A DNA stretch of 60,595 bases, the filler included, from Bipalium vagum (lineage: Eukaryota), in assembly GCA_037834085.1 (NCBI GenBank). It is 3 parts of 3 records of this genome, joined end to end, with 100 filler letters (N's around TTAATTAATTAA, not from the genome) between each part and the next. Parts side by side here need not be neighbours in the genome. Positions count along the whole stretch, not along the records: positions 36,287 to 60,595 come from JBBMKC010201828.1; 2 more parts are not named here. One strand, given 5' to 3'. How positions within the stretch are numbered: position 1 is the first letter of the stretch; every line of letters starts with the position of its first letter. Positions 48,653 through 60,595 of this stretch are shown here, in pieces. The translations under genes were made by a program, and so were the position numbers. The notes beneath the pieces were generated by a model that saw only the letters and a program-made list of their open reading frames with translations, searched no databases and was not told the DNA's origin.

Positions 48653-50932
48653 AACCTTTCTCAATATTACACGAAAAAATGGTTTCACTCATTTTCATTT
48701 GGACATAAATACTGTAAATTAAAATTGATAAATTCTATTGATAATTTATGTTCCAGTTTCTCTTAATTTAACAATAATTGATCATTTGTTTTAAATCATT
48801 TTATTGTTTTAATTATTCAACGAAATCAATAAACAAAAAATTAATCACATAAATTATCAAAAATTCAGTAAATCAATAGTAAAATAGTAATAATAATAAT
48901 AAAAAATAAATAACAAAAAGGTGATGCATTATGAAAAAAAAAATATTTTTTTCTGTTATTCTTATTATTTTTGATCAATTTGATTTGTTGATAATATATT
49001 CTTTTTGATACGTCACTAAGAAAAACTGTACTTAACAATTTTCGTCATAAACCTAACATTGCAATGTCAAGCGTTTCTAAAAAAATATCGAAAAGTTCGA
49101 TGGTATCAGACATTAATTAAGGAAAAGGCAGATATTTAGAATTTAAATGTATACATGTAGATATATTTTTTGAAGAAGGAGAATCAATATCTAAACTACT
49201 CTTGGACCGGAAGATAAATGGTAATGGAAAATACAAGAAAACTGAAAAATAGTTGTGGTATAGCATCTTCTACGTTTTTTGATTTGATGATTGGTGAGCC
49301 GCTACGGAAGAATTAAAATTAAGTTTTAAGCAGCAAACTTGCATTATTTTCACAATTATTATTTTATTTTATTTTTTATTGGATATCCAACAGATGATCG
49401 GTTAATCGGACTGTTTTCATCTATTAAATGAGGAGAAATAAAATTTGTTCAGAAATGTTTATTTAGTAATTTTAATTCATTTTGAATTATTAAACTTATT
49501 TAAGTCTAACATGATTTTATTTTCAAACGATGATGTCGAAAAAATGTGAAGAAGATGCAATACATATAATAAAAGTATTTTGACAATCAAATAATAATCG
49601 TTTAAATCCGACTTCAATAAAGTAACGATATTTAATAGTGAAGGTAGTGTATCAATCACAGATGACAATATAATCGTGTAAATCAACTGAGACTACTTTT
49701 CATAAGATTTATTTGTGTATTACACTTTAAAATGGTTTCTAAATGAAACAATATAAATCAAAATATTTTGATGTTTTATCCCTTTATTTTTCATCAGTTC
49801 TAATTCGTGATAAATTGTGAACAGATCCCGTAAATTTTTTTTTATTAAAAGGAATATCAAGATTTCAATTTTAATTCACTTGAGTATTTTCCTTTACAAA
49901 TTAATAAAAAATTATTATTTGTTATTTCTGATTGTAAATGTCTATCGAATTATTTAAAATTTATTGATATTTTTTATTGATAATTTTTAAATTTTTTGAT
50001 GGTCGTTGTTTTATTTTTTTTACATTTTTCAGAATTATTTATTTTAATAATATATATTTATATAACAGTTTTTGAGAAACATTGATTACTTCCATATTTT
50101 TCCTGTTGGAACGGATAATTCCAGAAGATTATTTTTTCTATTTTTTCAAATTTATTACTTTTTTAAAATGTTGTACTTTTTGAAAAATCAAGTCTCGTTA
50201 ATCCTACTCAAAAGTATTTTTTGAGTGAATGGATGATAGTGACGAAGGAAAAAATATATTTATAGGGGTCGGGTATGCGGGACTAATAACTACTACTACT
50301 AATAATCTTTAATAAAAACATTTTTTTGAAAGGAAAATGTGCAATTTTATTTTTAAAATTAATTTAGGAAATTTAAAAATTAATTAATTTTTTAAAAATT
50401 TACTAAACTTTTTTTATGGTAACCGAAAATGGAAAATTAAAACCATTTCAAAATTTATTATGACATTATTTATCAAATTCAAAATATTTATTCATTATCG
50501 AAACGAAATAGAAGTATAATTATATAAGAGTAAAGTATAAAGGCTAAGAGTTATTCGAAGTGTCTGGCACTTGCCCTTCACAAGTCATTGCTTTCTTCGC
50601 AAGTTTTCTTTATTAATAAAATATTATAATATCTCGGTCTCATGGCGTGAGATTTAAGACAGAACCAACTGTTACTTTTCAAAGTGTTCGTTGAAGTTTA
50701 ATGGATACCTTGGAAATGTGAGAATGAAAACAATAAAGAAAAAATTAATTACCGTCATAAAAATTGAATATCCTTTTCAACGGTTTGGAATGTCTTGTAA
50801 CGATTGTCAAATGAATTAGTTACCAATACTCTGGCATCTTTTCCTGTCTAACAGGAAACAGGCATTTCCACCAGCCAATCGTTGTCGAGATTGCCCTCTT
50901 TTCTAAAAGTGGTGCTTCCTCTGACATTTATT

Positions 50933-51907
50933 ATGTTACAGAACAAGTCTTTAGAAGATATCTTAACTTGGTATATTCTCAGCATTTTATTGTGCTGTCT
51001 TGGATTCTTTGGGAATCTGTGGTGTGGTTCAATAATTGTTCGGTCGAAATCGTTATGAAAATCTCCCTTCTACAGAATAATCCTTGCAATCATCATTCCC
51101 GATTTTATAATCAACTCGATTTGCATTCCTTTCGAGTTAACGGAAACCTACTTGAAAACCCAGTGGAATCAGAGGATGGAAAACGATGTTGGTTGCATAG
51201 TTGAAGGGGCGATTTTTGCTTTCTCTGCATGCATGTCAAATATGAATAAGATGATCGCGGCTGGATATCAGGTATGGGCCGTTGTGTTCCCATCAAAATA
51301 TCACCTAATTTCCAACATGAGAGTAGTTTCAATCTTGATCTTAACCATATCCTTCGCTCCAGCGCTCTTTGTTTTTATTTGTGGTACTAAGACCATTTTC
51401 TGGTACATCGTAAATCCACTTTTAAGAGACTGTTCTCCGACATCAAAAAGCTTTATGATCCTTCTAGTTCTCAGTGTGCTTCTCTTGATTATCCCCATAA
51501 TCATCAGTTTTATATTCTATATATCCATTATAGTTAAATTTGTGATGATAAGATCCGATTTGAATATGAGAATCAATACTCTGCGGAGAGTCAAGGGTAG
51601 CTTGGGTTTGGGGCTTACGATGTTGCTCTACAGTGTTTGTTTAATTGTGTACTGGATCAATAATAACTCTGAGTATAATGAAACGAATTTTAGGAAGATT
51701 ATATGGATAAAGTTTGTCTACAGAGCAGCTTATTGTATAGCACCGGTGAGTGAATTTATTATATAATGTGTTGGAATTTAACTTTGCTTTCAGTTATTCT
51801 ACGTAACCCTCGACTCAAATATTATACAAAATTCCAAGGAATTTATCAAAAATTATAAGAATTTTTTGAACAAAAGAGTTCGTCAAAATCCGGTCACTTC
51901 ACACTGA
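50933..51907 (+). pseudogene. Orphan 7TM paralogue 4; full length with a single premature TGA
   Basis: ATG at 50933, in frame throughout. TGA at 51056-51058 (codon 42; TGG or AGG in paralogues). Intron 51746-51793; exon 51794-51907. The TM3 Arg is replaced by Gln (AGYQV). Confidence 0.88.
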
Positions 51908-52559
51908 GATTCCCATGGCCATTTTCATTTCCTCCAAACACCAATCTCGGTTTTTGAAATTTTATATTTCTCAATTAAAACGTAAACTATTTTTCTTTGT
52001 ATATTGTAGAAATAATTTAATATTCTCTAGCCCAGAAGTTTTCCAGTAACCGTGGTAACCATGGTGCACTTAAAAAGATCTCTAAGAAACTCGAATTACT
52101 TTGATCTTTATTTTATATTTTTTAAGCCAATCATTAAAATTGATATTTGAGTAACCATTAGTAACGAACAGTTTTTAGCACACAAAATCACATCTGAAGT
52201 AAATTTAAAGGAAAAACAAATTTTTAATCTTTGTCAAATGGATTATTTCATATTTTTTAGGACTAAGCCATGCTCCGTTAAAAAGGTTTTATAAAAAAAG
52301 CATGTGAATGATCGTTAGTTACCGCAACCATATCTGTGTAATTGAGATTCTTAAAATCACAGTTGAACATAATATTTATCTACGAAAATAATTGAAAGGT
52401 AAAAAGTGCTTTCCCTTTCAAAAATTATTTTATTTTAATAAAACAATAATTAATTATTTTAAAAATATTTTTTTTTAAATTTATTTTTAAAATTTGTTTA
52501 ACTTTATTTTAATTCACTATTTTAAAATTTTCAGATAATAATTTTAATTAGAAGTAAAT

Positions 52560-52712
52560 CCTTACAATAATAATAATAATTAATCATAATTAAAAATAAT
52601 AATAAGAAATAATAATAATTAAAAAAAAATAATAATAAGAAATAATAATAATAATTAAAAAAAATAATAATAAAAAATAATAATAATAATTAAAAAAAAT
52701 TATAATAATAAT
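52560..52712. repeat. (AAT)n-based low-complexity tandem repeat
   Basis: Repeated AATAATAATAATTAAAAAA and AATAAGAAATAAT units. Confidence 0.8.
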
Positions 52713-53232
52713 TGTTAATTTGTCTCGAATTCCTAGTAAAAATCTTTAATTAACTTTAAAATTTATTTATAATAAATTTTTAGTCTTCGTAAGGGTCAAT
52801 AATTAAAACATTCAATTATAGATTTTACTGAATTATTAAGATTTTATAAAATCTTCATAATTCCTTATTTCTCTCTTCATAGATACCTCTTCACGCCTTC
52901 CACAAACCTGTCATCTGTTTGCCGCCAGTGTTCTGTAGAATGTATCTTCGATCATGCACATTTGTCATCACTTTGTATGAGCCTTCGAACCGCCCTTCCT
53001 CCGTATTACAATCGTCGTGAATTTTTTATTCTTGTTCAAAGCTTCGAAATATTTACGGCATTGATTAATGAAATTTTCCAGATCATCGGAACGATTAAAA
53101 TTTGGACGAAGTATCTGTAGTAACGTGTCCATAAGTGTGGTCACTGTGTTAATTTGCAGGAATTCCTATAAATAATTTGAATTATTGATTTTACTGAATT
53201 ATTAAAATTTTATAAAATCTTCATAATTCCGA
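52713..53232 (-). mobile_element. Miniature, internally deleted LTR retrotransposon (TRIM-like, gypsy-derived)
   Basis: Two LTR-like copies share GGAATTATGAAGATTTTATAAAAT..AATAATTCAGTAAAATC and end AGGAATTC....CAAATTAACA (minus strand). The interior has a gag start MDTLLQILRPNFNRSDDLENFINQCRKYFEAL, then an integrase tail RFEGSYKV and a purine tract GAAGAGAGAAA. Confidence 0.75.
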
Positions 53233-54469
53233 ATAATAATAATAAAAATAATAAATTTTAAATAAATTAATAAAATATCAAATAAATAAAAATTTTAAAA
53301 AGTGATAAGTAATAATGAAAGTAATGTATTTCTTTATTTAACTTTTTTACCGAATGAGCCTTTTATTGAGAAGTCCATAAGTGAATTTTATGGAAGTTTT
53401 ACTCCAGAATGATTTTCACAATACGAGCTGAAAACTAGGCAACCGCAGCCCTTTGATCAGAGTGAGTTATTTCTCGAGACCATTACATGAAAGCAATCAG
53501 TGAGTGTAATTCAGTGAAGTATTGACTATTGATTCGTGGTGTTGAGTAAGTGTCATTGACGGTTATATGTTTTATATGTAAATTTGAATAAAAGCTCACA
53601 AAGGTCTATTGGTGATTAAAAATATTTGCTTTAGCCATAAAATTAAAGTAGAACTTAATCATTCCAAAGATTTGGGAGTCAGATTTAGAGTGTTGATTAA
53701 TTTTGGTATTAAAAATTACGATGACACTGTCTACCATTTAAAATACCTTTTGAGTTGTTTGGTTAACCAAAGTGCACTTCAAAGAGAATTGGAGTAAAGG
53801 ACAAGTTTAAAAGGATGAATAATAATAATAATTATTAAAAAAAATTATATTTTAAATGTTGTCGACGTACTGTAAAGTCTTGAGTGGGTGGCTATATTAA
53901 GAAAGATAAATAATATTAAGGATTCCTTATTTTGTTATTCATTAATCGATTTAATTTTCATTGGTAACTGTTAATATTCATATTTTAACTATTGTTATTG
54001 ATTTATAATCGTTATGTGTTTAAATTTTTATTGTTTGACATCGGTGACGAGCAAAGCTGATCCAGTCAATTTGAGTAACGGAAATTGATTGTTGTGTTAT
54101 TGTTGGAAACATTTGATATTTGTATTAACCATTGTATTATTGTCAATAAAGTTACATTGTTGAAGTGATTAATTTTCTGAGTCGGGAAAGGATAACGACT
54201 CGGAGCTTAAATTCCTACTATTGGTATTTAGAGTAACATAGTTAATGAAAAAAGCGATAAAACATTTTCATAATTAAATTAAATATAAAATTAATTAATT
54301 ACATTCACAAAACTGGATGTCCTCTGGACTGTCATTAAATTATTATCAAATGAAAATGATACAAATACTGTCTAGTATCTTTTTCTATGAGAAAATTGAC
54401 ATTTCTACAAACCAATCATCGTCGAGTATGCCACCTCTTCTAAAACCCATGCTTACTCTCACAATTATT

Positions 54470-55230
54470 ATGCTGGAAGAGAAACTTTTGGAAGCTATTC
54501 TGTTTTGGTGAGTTCAAAGCACTGTATTATGTGTATCGATGTTTTTTGGAATTAGAAGTGTAGCTCAATAATATTATTCAATCCAAATCCTTTTATAAAC
54601 CTTGTTTTTATGGAATACTCACAATCTCGTAGCCTAAGTAAACCTGCAACTCTTCCTAATCAAAGCACAGGTGTTTCTAATAGATAATAACTTGAGGACA
54701 GAGAACAATATTGGCTGCACAGTTGAAGGGACAATTCTAAAAATGACGAAAATAAATAAGATGATCGCAACCGAATGTCGACCATGAGCGTCCTGTCTCC
54801 TTGAAAATATCACCAAATTCTGTCATGAGAAAAGTTTCCATCTTGATCGTAACAATACTCTTTGTTTTTCTTTATTCATGGTATTAACACCTTTTCGGAA
54901 ACATGGTGAATTCAATTTTATGGTGAATCAAATTCATTGGTGAGTAAGATTCTAATTTTGATTTATCTCTTTTTTTCTATTTTATTTTTATGGCGAACAA
55001 AAGGTTGATTTATGAAGTTAACACATGATTTAAATTCCAGAAGTAATGCAATAAAGAGAACTAGGGGTAAGTGTGGCTTACTACTGATGAACATCTTTTG
55101 TAATATATTTTACTGGACGGAATACCATTTCATGGATTATGAAAAAGAATATATGACGAACATGTGATTATGGTCTTTCCCAAGAATCAGATGAGTTCTT
55201 CAAATAAGCTTTACTTTGTATATGTTACAG
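54470..55230 (+). pseudogene. Orphan 7TM paralogue 5 (heavily decayed)
   Basis: Conserved upstream block, then MLEEKLLEAILFW*, NNIGCTVEGTIL and NKMIA fragments with many stops and indels. Confidence 0.8.
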
Positions 55231-55238
55231 AGTAAATA

Positions 55239-55817
55239 CAGGTTCTTCCAAAAGAAGCCTTGCTACTTTAAGTCGCTATTTCTCCGTACATAAAGATTAA
55301 AAACCCAAGTAATTTTATTTATACCTTTATTTAAACACAGATATTACAAAAATTTATATTTTTACTATGATGTCATTAAAATGACCGCCTCTGGCAGGCT
55401 TACAAGTTTGGGCTACTTTTATGGAATTGTGCATAACTTTTTGGTATAAGTCAATTGAGATCATAGCGATTTGTTCCGAAATGTTGTCTTTGAGTTGTGT
55501 AATAGTTTTTGGTTGATTAATATAAACTTTATCTTTTATATATCCCCATAAGAAATAGTCTGGAGCTGTCAAATCGGGGGATCTGGGAAGCCAATCAATA
55601 AATTTTGCATTTAATTTTTTAATGGTTACTGAAATTGAACTACCGCTTTGATAAAATATTTTGAAAATTTCTGCTTGTTGTTGCATTCTCATAACGATCC
55701 GTATTTAATTTTCAAATGTTTAGCTAGAATAATGTTAAATATTAATTTATTTAAACAAAAGCTACTTAGTATTTAATATGTTAGTTTAATATGTAAAGCT
55801 TCTTTTAGAAGACCCTG
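55239..55817 (-). mobile_element. 579-bp internally deleted Tc1/mariner-superfamily element with an open 112-aa ORF
   Basis: TIRs TA|CAGGTTCTTCCAAAAGAAGC / GCTTCTTTTAGAAGACCCTG|TA. ORF 55354-55692 joins an N-terminal helix segment to WLPRSPDLTAPDYFLWGYIKDKVY. Confidence 0.88.
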
Positions 55818-56549
55818 TATATAAAAAATATCACCGGTTAATCATAATGAAACAGACGAAGAATGGCTTACGAGAGAAACTAGGTTGCTTATCTCAAAGA
55901 TTTTCAGATACAATGACACATTGGTTCTGATATGAATTATAATTATTTATAAAATATTATTTTATAATTATTTATACTCATATTTAAAAATAATAAGTAA
56001 AGTTTTATAATTTTAATTAAAATTAATCGCCCATTTAATCGACATTTTTTATCAAATATAAATGAGATGAAAAAGTCCAATGAGATTCTAAATTGTCAAA
56101 TGTTCCCGTGGATAAGATATGAATGAAAATAAAATAATAAATATTGGTAATCCTATTTATGATTTTGATGTTGTACATGAAAAAAGAATTCAATCTATCT
56201 AGAATCGTTTGAAAAAGACATTTCCTTAAGAATTTAACAAAAATTAGGTTCTTAACTTTATTTATTAAATAAAACAGTATCAAGTGGAAAACAAAATAAG
56301 GCTAATGAAAAATTGTAAAAGTCAAAAGGGATCATTAAGTGATCAATAGAATCAAAAAAGTTGCTCTGCTTATGAGGACATCAGCCGATTATATTAAGAA
56401 AATCTTACGAGATCATTAGACTTCTTAAAACTGATCGAAAAATTTAAAGTATTATTTTATCTGCTGCTCATAACAATTTAAATTTCAAATTGAAATCAAA
56501 TATTTGGTATTCTTATTGGAAATCATTAACCCCTGAATTCATAAATTTA

Positions 56550-57250
56550 TGAAATATATGAATTATTTTTTTATGGAATGTTATTTTTGCATAATTATTA
56601 AAATGCAAAGACGAATTAGCTATTGTTTAAGAGAGTTTCAGAGAAATTTGCAGTTCTACTTTCTTTTCTGCCTGACTGGGAAATTAGTTCTTCTGATCTA
56701 TTTTCCCAATATGGATGTGAACTTAAAATTATAGCCCGAAATGGTTTTCTAAATGAAAGGCTTTTTTTAAAGACTGTTCTTAATGAGGGGGTTAATTTAA
56801 TTAGTTTCCTAAGGCAGAAAAATGTTTTCTTTCTCACACAGAGCTAACCAATAAACTCTCTGCTCCTAGAGTTGATTTACTAAATGGCAAATCTTTCAGC
56901 AACACAACATTCCAGATAACGGAAAAATACTTTAAACACTAAATATTTCTTATATTCAAGACTAGTTACGGAAACGTTAATAACATTTTAAAAACTATAT
57001 GTATAAACAATGAATCGTTGCGTCAATCAATAACTAATGTTTTATTAAAAAGGTAAGTCCAATGACAAGGATCTGAAGAATGTTATTTGGGTTATTATCG
57101 ATCTCCGCAGTTTGACGATTGCTCGAGTAGACCAGGGCAATCTTCAAAATACCTAAACCAAACTCTGACAAAAGTAATACTGTTTTTTTTATCCATGTTT
57201 TAAATTCGATTTTCTTGAAACTCCATTTGATTTTACTTCTTATCAATTAA
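56550..57250 (-). mobile_element. Possible non-LTR (LINE) relic
   Basis: Weak endonuclease-like and RT-C-terminal-like fragments in broken ORFs; no catalytic motif is visible. Confidence 0.3.
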
Positions 57251-58112
57251 TATTCTTTTATTTTTTTAGTTGGCAGGTTACTTATTATTTGATATTGGTC
57301 ATTGAGAGATAAAAGTAAGGTTGTGGAATATGATCCTGGAAATAATGTAATATTATTATGGAAACAGTAAGTTGAGTGTGTTTGGAATATATTCGTGGGG
57401 ACATTGTGATATCTCGTGGTCAGCAGTTGTGAAGTGCATCAGGCGTATATAAAGACATTGTTATTCTGATTTGTTCGAGGAAGAAAAACGTTATTTTAGC
57501 AAAATTTTAATAATGAAATTAATTTTTTTAATTAAAAACTTTCATTAGGATTTTCCGTTAAACGTTAAATATTTTATTTCATTTTTTTAAAATGTCAAAG
57601 TTTACTATTGATTATTTGGTTGAAATTCGGTTTGTTCTCGTTTGAAGGTCATTTTAGATATTATTCTAAAATATTGAAAATTTCAGATTTTCGATAAAAG
57701 GTGTCCAAAAGGGAGTAAACAAAATTTACTCTGATTATTACATTAATTTTTTAATTTTAAATTTAGTTTTAATAATATAACATAATAATATAATATAATA
57801 ATAATAACAAAAAAATTATTAAAAATGTAACTGTCCCTATATAAGCACATAGGATAAAATCAAAGTTTTTGGTAAAAAACTAAAAAAGGTTTCCAAAATT
57901 TAAGTATAACATGAAATAAATTTATTATAGGTACCATTATAGGTACCTTACGCTACACTTTGGACTGACATAGGACAACTACCAATTGAAATGAATACAA
58001 GTACTCTCTGGCATCTTTTATTGACTAAGAGGAACAAGAATCGCTGCCGACCAATCATCATCGAAATTATTTAATATATATTCTAAAACCTAAGCTTCCT
58101 CGGATAATAATT

Positions 58113-59081
58113 ATGGCGGAGAACAATTTTTTCGAAGACATTCTACTTTGGTACGTTATCAGCATTGTGATGAGCTTCTTAGGTGTTCTTGGAAATTTGT
58201 GGTGTGGCTCGATAATAGTCTTAACAAAGTCCTTAAGGAAATCTCCATTTTATAGAATTATCCTTGTGATAATTATTGCCGATATCATAATTAACTCAAT
58301 CTGTACCCCTTTCGAAACAACGCTGACCTACTTGAAAATCCACGAAAATCTGACGATCTCGGACAATATTGGGTGCTCAATTGAAGGTATAATTTTAAAT
58401 GTAGCCGAATCCCTGTCGAATATGAATAAGATGATAGCGGGTGGATATCGAGCCTGGGCGGTTGTGTTTCCCTCAAAATATCGTCTAATATCCAACATGA
58501 GAGTAGTCTCAATATTGATCCTAACCATATCCTTTGCTCCAGTTTTTTGTATTTGTGTTTGTGGTACAAATACTCTTGTCAAATACATGGCAGATCCTTT
58601 TCTAGGAGACTGTTCTGGGAAAGTACAAAATATAGTCACAAATATAATTCTAAATTTAATTCTCTTTTTCATTCCAATTTTCATAAGTTTCTTTTTCTAT
58701 ATATCCATCATAGTCCGATTTTTGATGATAAAATCAAATTCGAATTTGAGAAAAACCACCATAAAGAGAGCTAGGGGCATTTTGGGCGTAGGGTTGAATA
58801 TGTTTATTTACGTCGTTGTTTCTATAATTTACTTGACCAACATCAAATCTAAGACCAATGAAACGAATTTTAGGACGCATATATGGGTTAAGTTTACCCA
58901 CCGAGCATCCTATGCTATAGCACCGGTGAGTGAGTTTATGGTACATTGTAATGATATGACATTCTCTTTTTAGTTATTCTACATAATCCTTGACAAAAGC
59001 ATGCTGAAGCATTCCATGGTTATCCTGAAAATTTCAATGAAACGTTTGGACAACCAGGAAAATACGACTACTACCATCTGA
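58113..59081 (+). CDS. Orphan rhodopsin-like 7TM receptor paralogue 6 (intact, ~306 aa)
   Basis: Exon 58113-58925, intron 58926-58973 (48 nt, GT-AG), exon 58974-59081 (LFYIILDKSMLK...TTTTI*). Motifs GNLWCGS, SPFYRII, GGYRAWAVVFP, PFLGDC. Confidence 0.92.
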
Positions 59082-59349
59082 AATTGGCACCACCATTGAC
59101 TGCACGACACTTTCACCATACGACTATCACTCATCACCTCTGAAAGATTTTCATTTTCTTCAATAAAAACGTAAATTGTTATTGATTGCACTTACTTGAA
59201 TATTTTGAAACTTGATTACTGCGTTCCGTATAAACTTGGGATTCTCTTTCAAACTGAAAAATTGATCGTTTTAAAATGTCCTTACCTTTGATCTTTGGTT
59301 CGAAGTATCGGTTACATCGTGAATGATTTACATTAACTTTACCATCGAT

Positions 59350-60250
59350 TAGAGAAGTGGATTAGAAGCCTAAGGAAGGTTGGAAACCAGAAGAGCCGAA
59401 AAGACTTAGTAATAAAAGAAGTACAGAACAAAGTTCAGCATTCAAGGATTATCCATGAATGATTATTTAACAAACATCATTCAGATATCACTATATCATA
59501 GTCGAACAGTGTTTTCGAACCAATATTGACTTCAGTAAAAATGAGACCATAGATTTGAGGCAGTATTTGCTACGTTAAACCTCAGATAAAGGAAGCCATG
59601 ACAACTGTTGAGAAAACCTGTTTAGGAACAGGTCAGGAAAAGCTTGATTTGTGAAATTAGTGTCATCCACGGATTATTATATGGTTACATTTTAAAAGGT
59701 GTACTTTATGTACCTAGAAGGTAGAAAGGAAAATTCACGGAAAACATTTTAGCTAGAGTAAAGTGGAGAATTACAAAGTATTACAAAGAATTACAAATAA
59801 TTCGGACAGTAAATAAAGGTTTTATGTCCAAAAGACGTGGCAAAGTTTTAAAGTGTAGAGAGGTTTATGCTAGAAATAGAAAGAACAATTTTGGATCATA
59901 ATATTGCAGAAAAAAAACCTGGAGTAAAGATGGTGGAATTAGATGCGCAAGCGTGAAGTAGATTTTTATGTATCAATTGATGAGAGAGTGATTGTGGAGC
60001 CTACCATTATCGATCAAGAAAAGCAAAGTTAACATGAAAGAAGAACGTACAAGAAAACCGGTGAAAAGAGAGAAAAAAAATGATCATCAGAAGAAAAAGT
60101 CAAAACAGCAAATAGATGTACCTGTAGGTTGATGGTGACCCACTCGGATTGGTGATCAATTGTCTTATGTATTTACAGGACTTAATAGATTTTAAAGGGA
60201 TCACAGGAAAACTCAACAAAACTCAGATAAAAAATTCGTACGGGAAAAAT
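59350..60250 (+). mobile_element. Degenerate Ty3/gypsy pol fragments
   Basis: KPGVKMVELDA resembles the RNaseH-terminal PG..MV.ADALSR motif; purine-rich broken ORFs. Confidence 0.4.
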
Positions 60251-60595
60251 GTAAAGAACATGAAATATCGATATTTAAAGTTTTTAAAAAAAGAGTTATT
60301 AAATATACTGTGACCTGAGAATTTTATAGGCATATTTATACTTCATAACGAAACTATTTCAATGATTTACGGTCGAATGGTTTGATTATATTTCTCAATG
60401 TAAATTACTTACTTCTTTGGTAATTTCTGTTATCTATTTTTCCACAAAAATAGTAATACAACATTATAAAACGAGATTTCAACAAATCAATTGTATTAGT
60501 CATCATGTAAACAGGTATTGTGAGGATTATTAAAAATATTAAATAATCAATTAAAAAAATCATTTGTTGTTTAAATAATACGGTTGACAGCAGAT

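Noticed and set aside
51056-51058. TGA at a Trp-equivalent position as a sign of an alternative genetic code or selenocysteine
   Set aside because: TGA is the normal terminator of paralogues (42419-42421, 59079-59081) and Trp is TGG elsewhere.
58291-59191. Several overlapping antisense or alternative-frame ORFs over receptor copy 6 (likewise at 42043, 50968, 51111, 51301)
   Set aside because: Shadows of the 7TM coding sequence.

Overview
Very AT-rich eukaryotic (metazoan) genomic DNA with short introns of about 40-55 nt. The style fits a free-living flatworm such as a planarian, but that is inference. The window is three contigs joined by two artificial 100-nt spacers (N44-TTAATTAATTAA-N44 at 17629-17728 and 36187-36286). 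Contig 1 carries two minus-strand spliced ankyrin genes. One is an ankyrin + C-terminal C3HC4 RING protein (~690-5573). The other (8908-12961) has 14 consecutive ankyrin repeats, each on its own phase-0 exon (13 x 99 nt, 1 x 96 nt), with a triplicated three-exon unit and one internal exon carrying a stop codon. Contig 1 also holds the Ser-rich last exon of an unidentified gene. Contig 2 holds an intact two-exon peptide-type rhodopsin GPCR among many transposon relics (mariner, Tc1, pogo, Merlin, hAT, Ty3/gypsy) and a tRNA-Ala-like relic. Contig 3 holds a head-to-tail array of six orphan 7TM receptor paralogues: 2 intact, 1 with a single nonsense codon, 3 decayed. They share a conserved ~130-150 bp upstream block (E-box + CCAAT) and are interspersed with MITEs and retroelement remnants. 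All exon structures were inferred by eye from splice signals and reading frame; none has transcript support.
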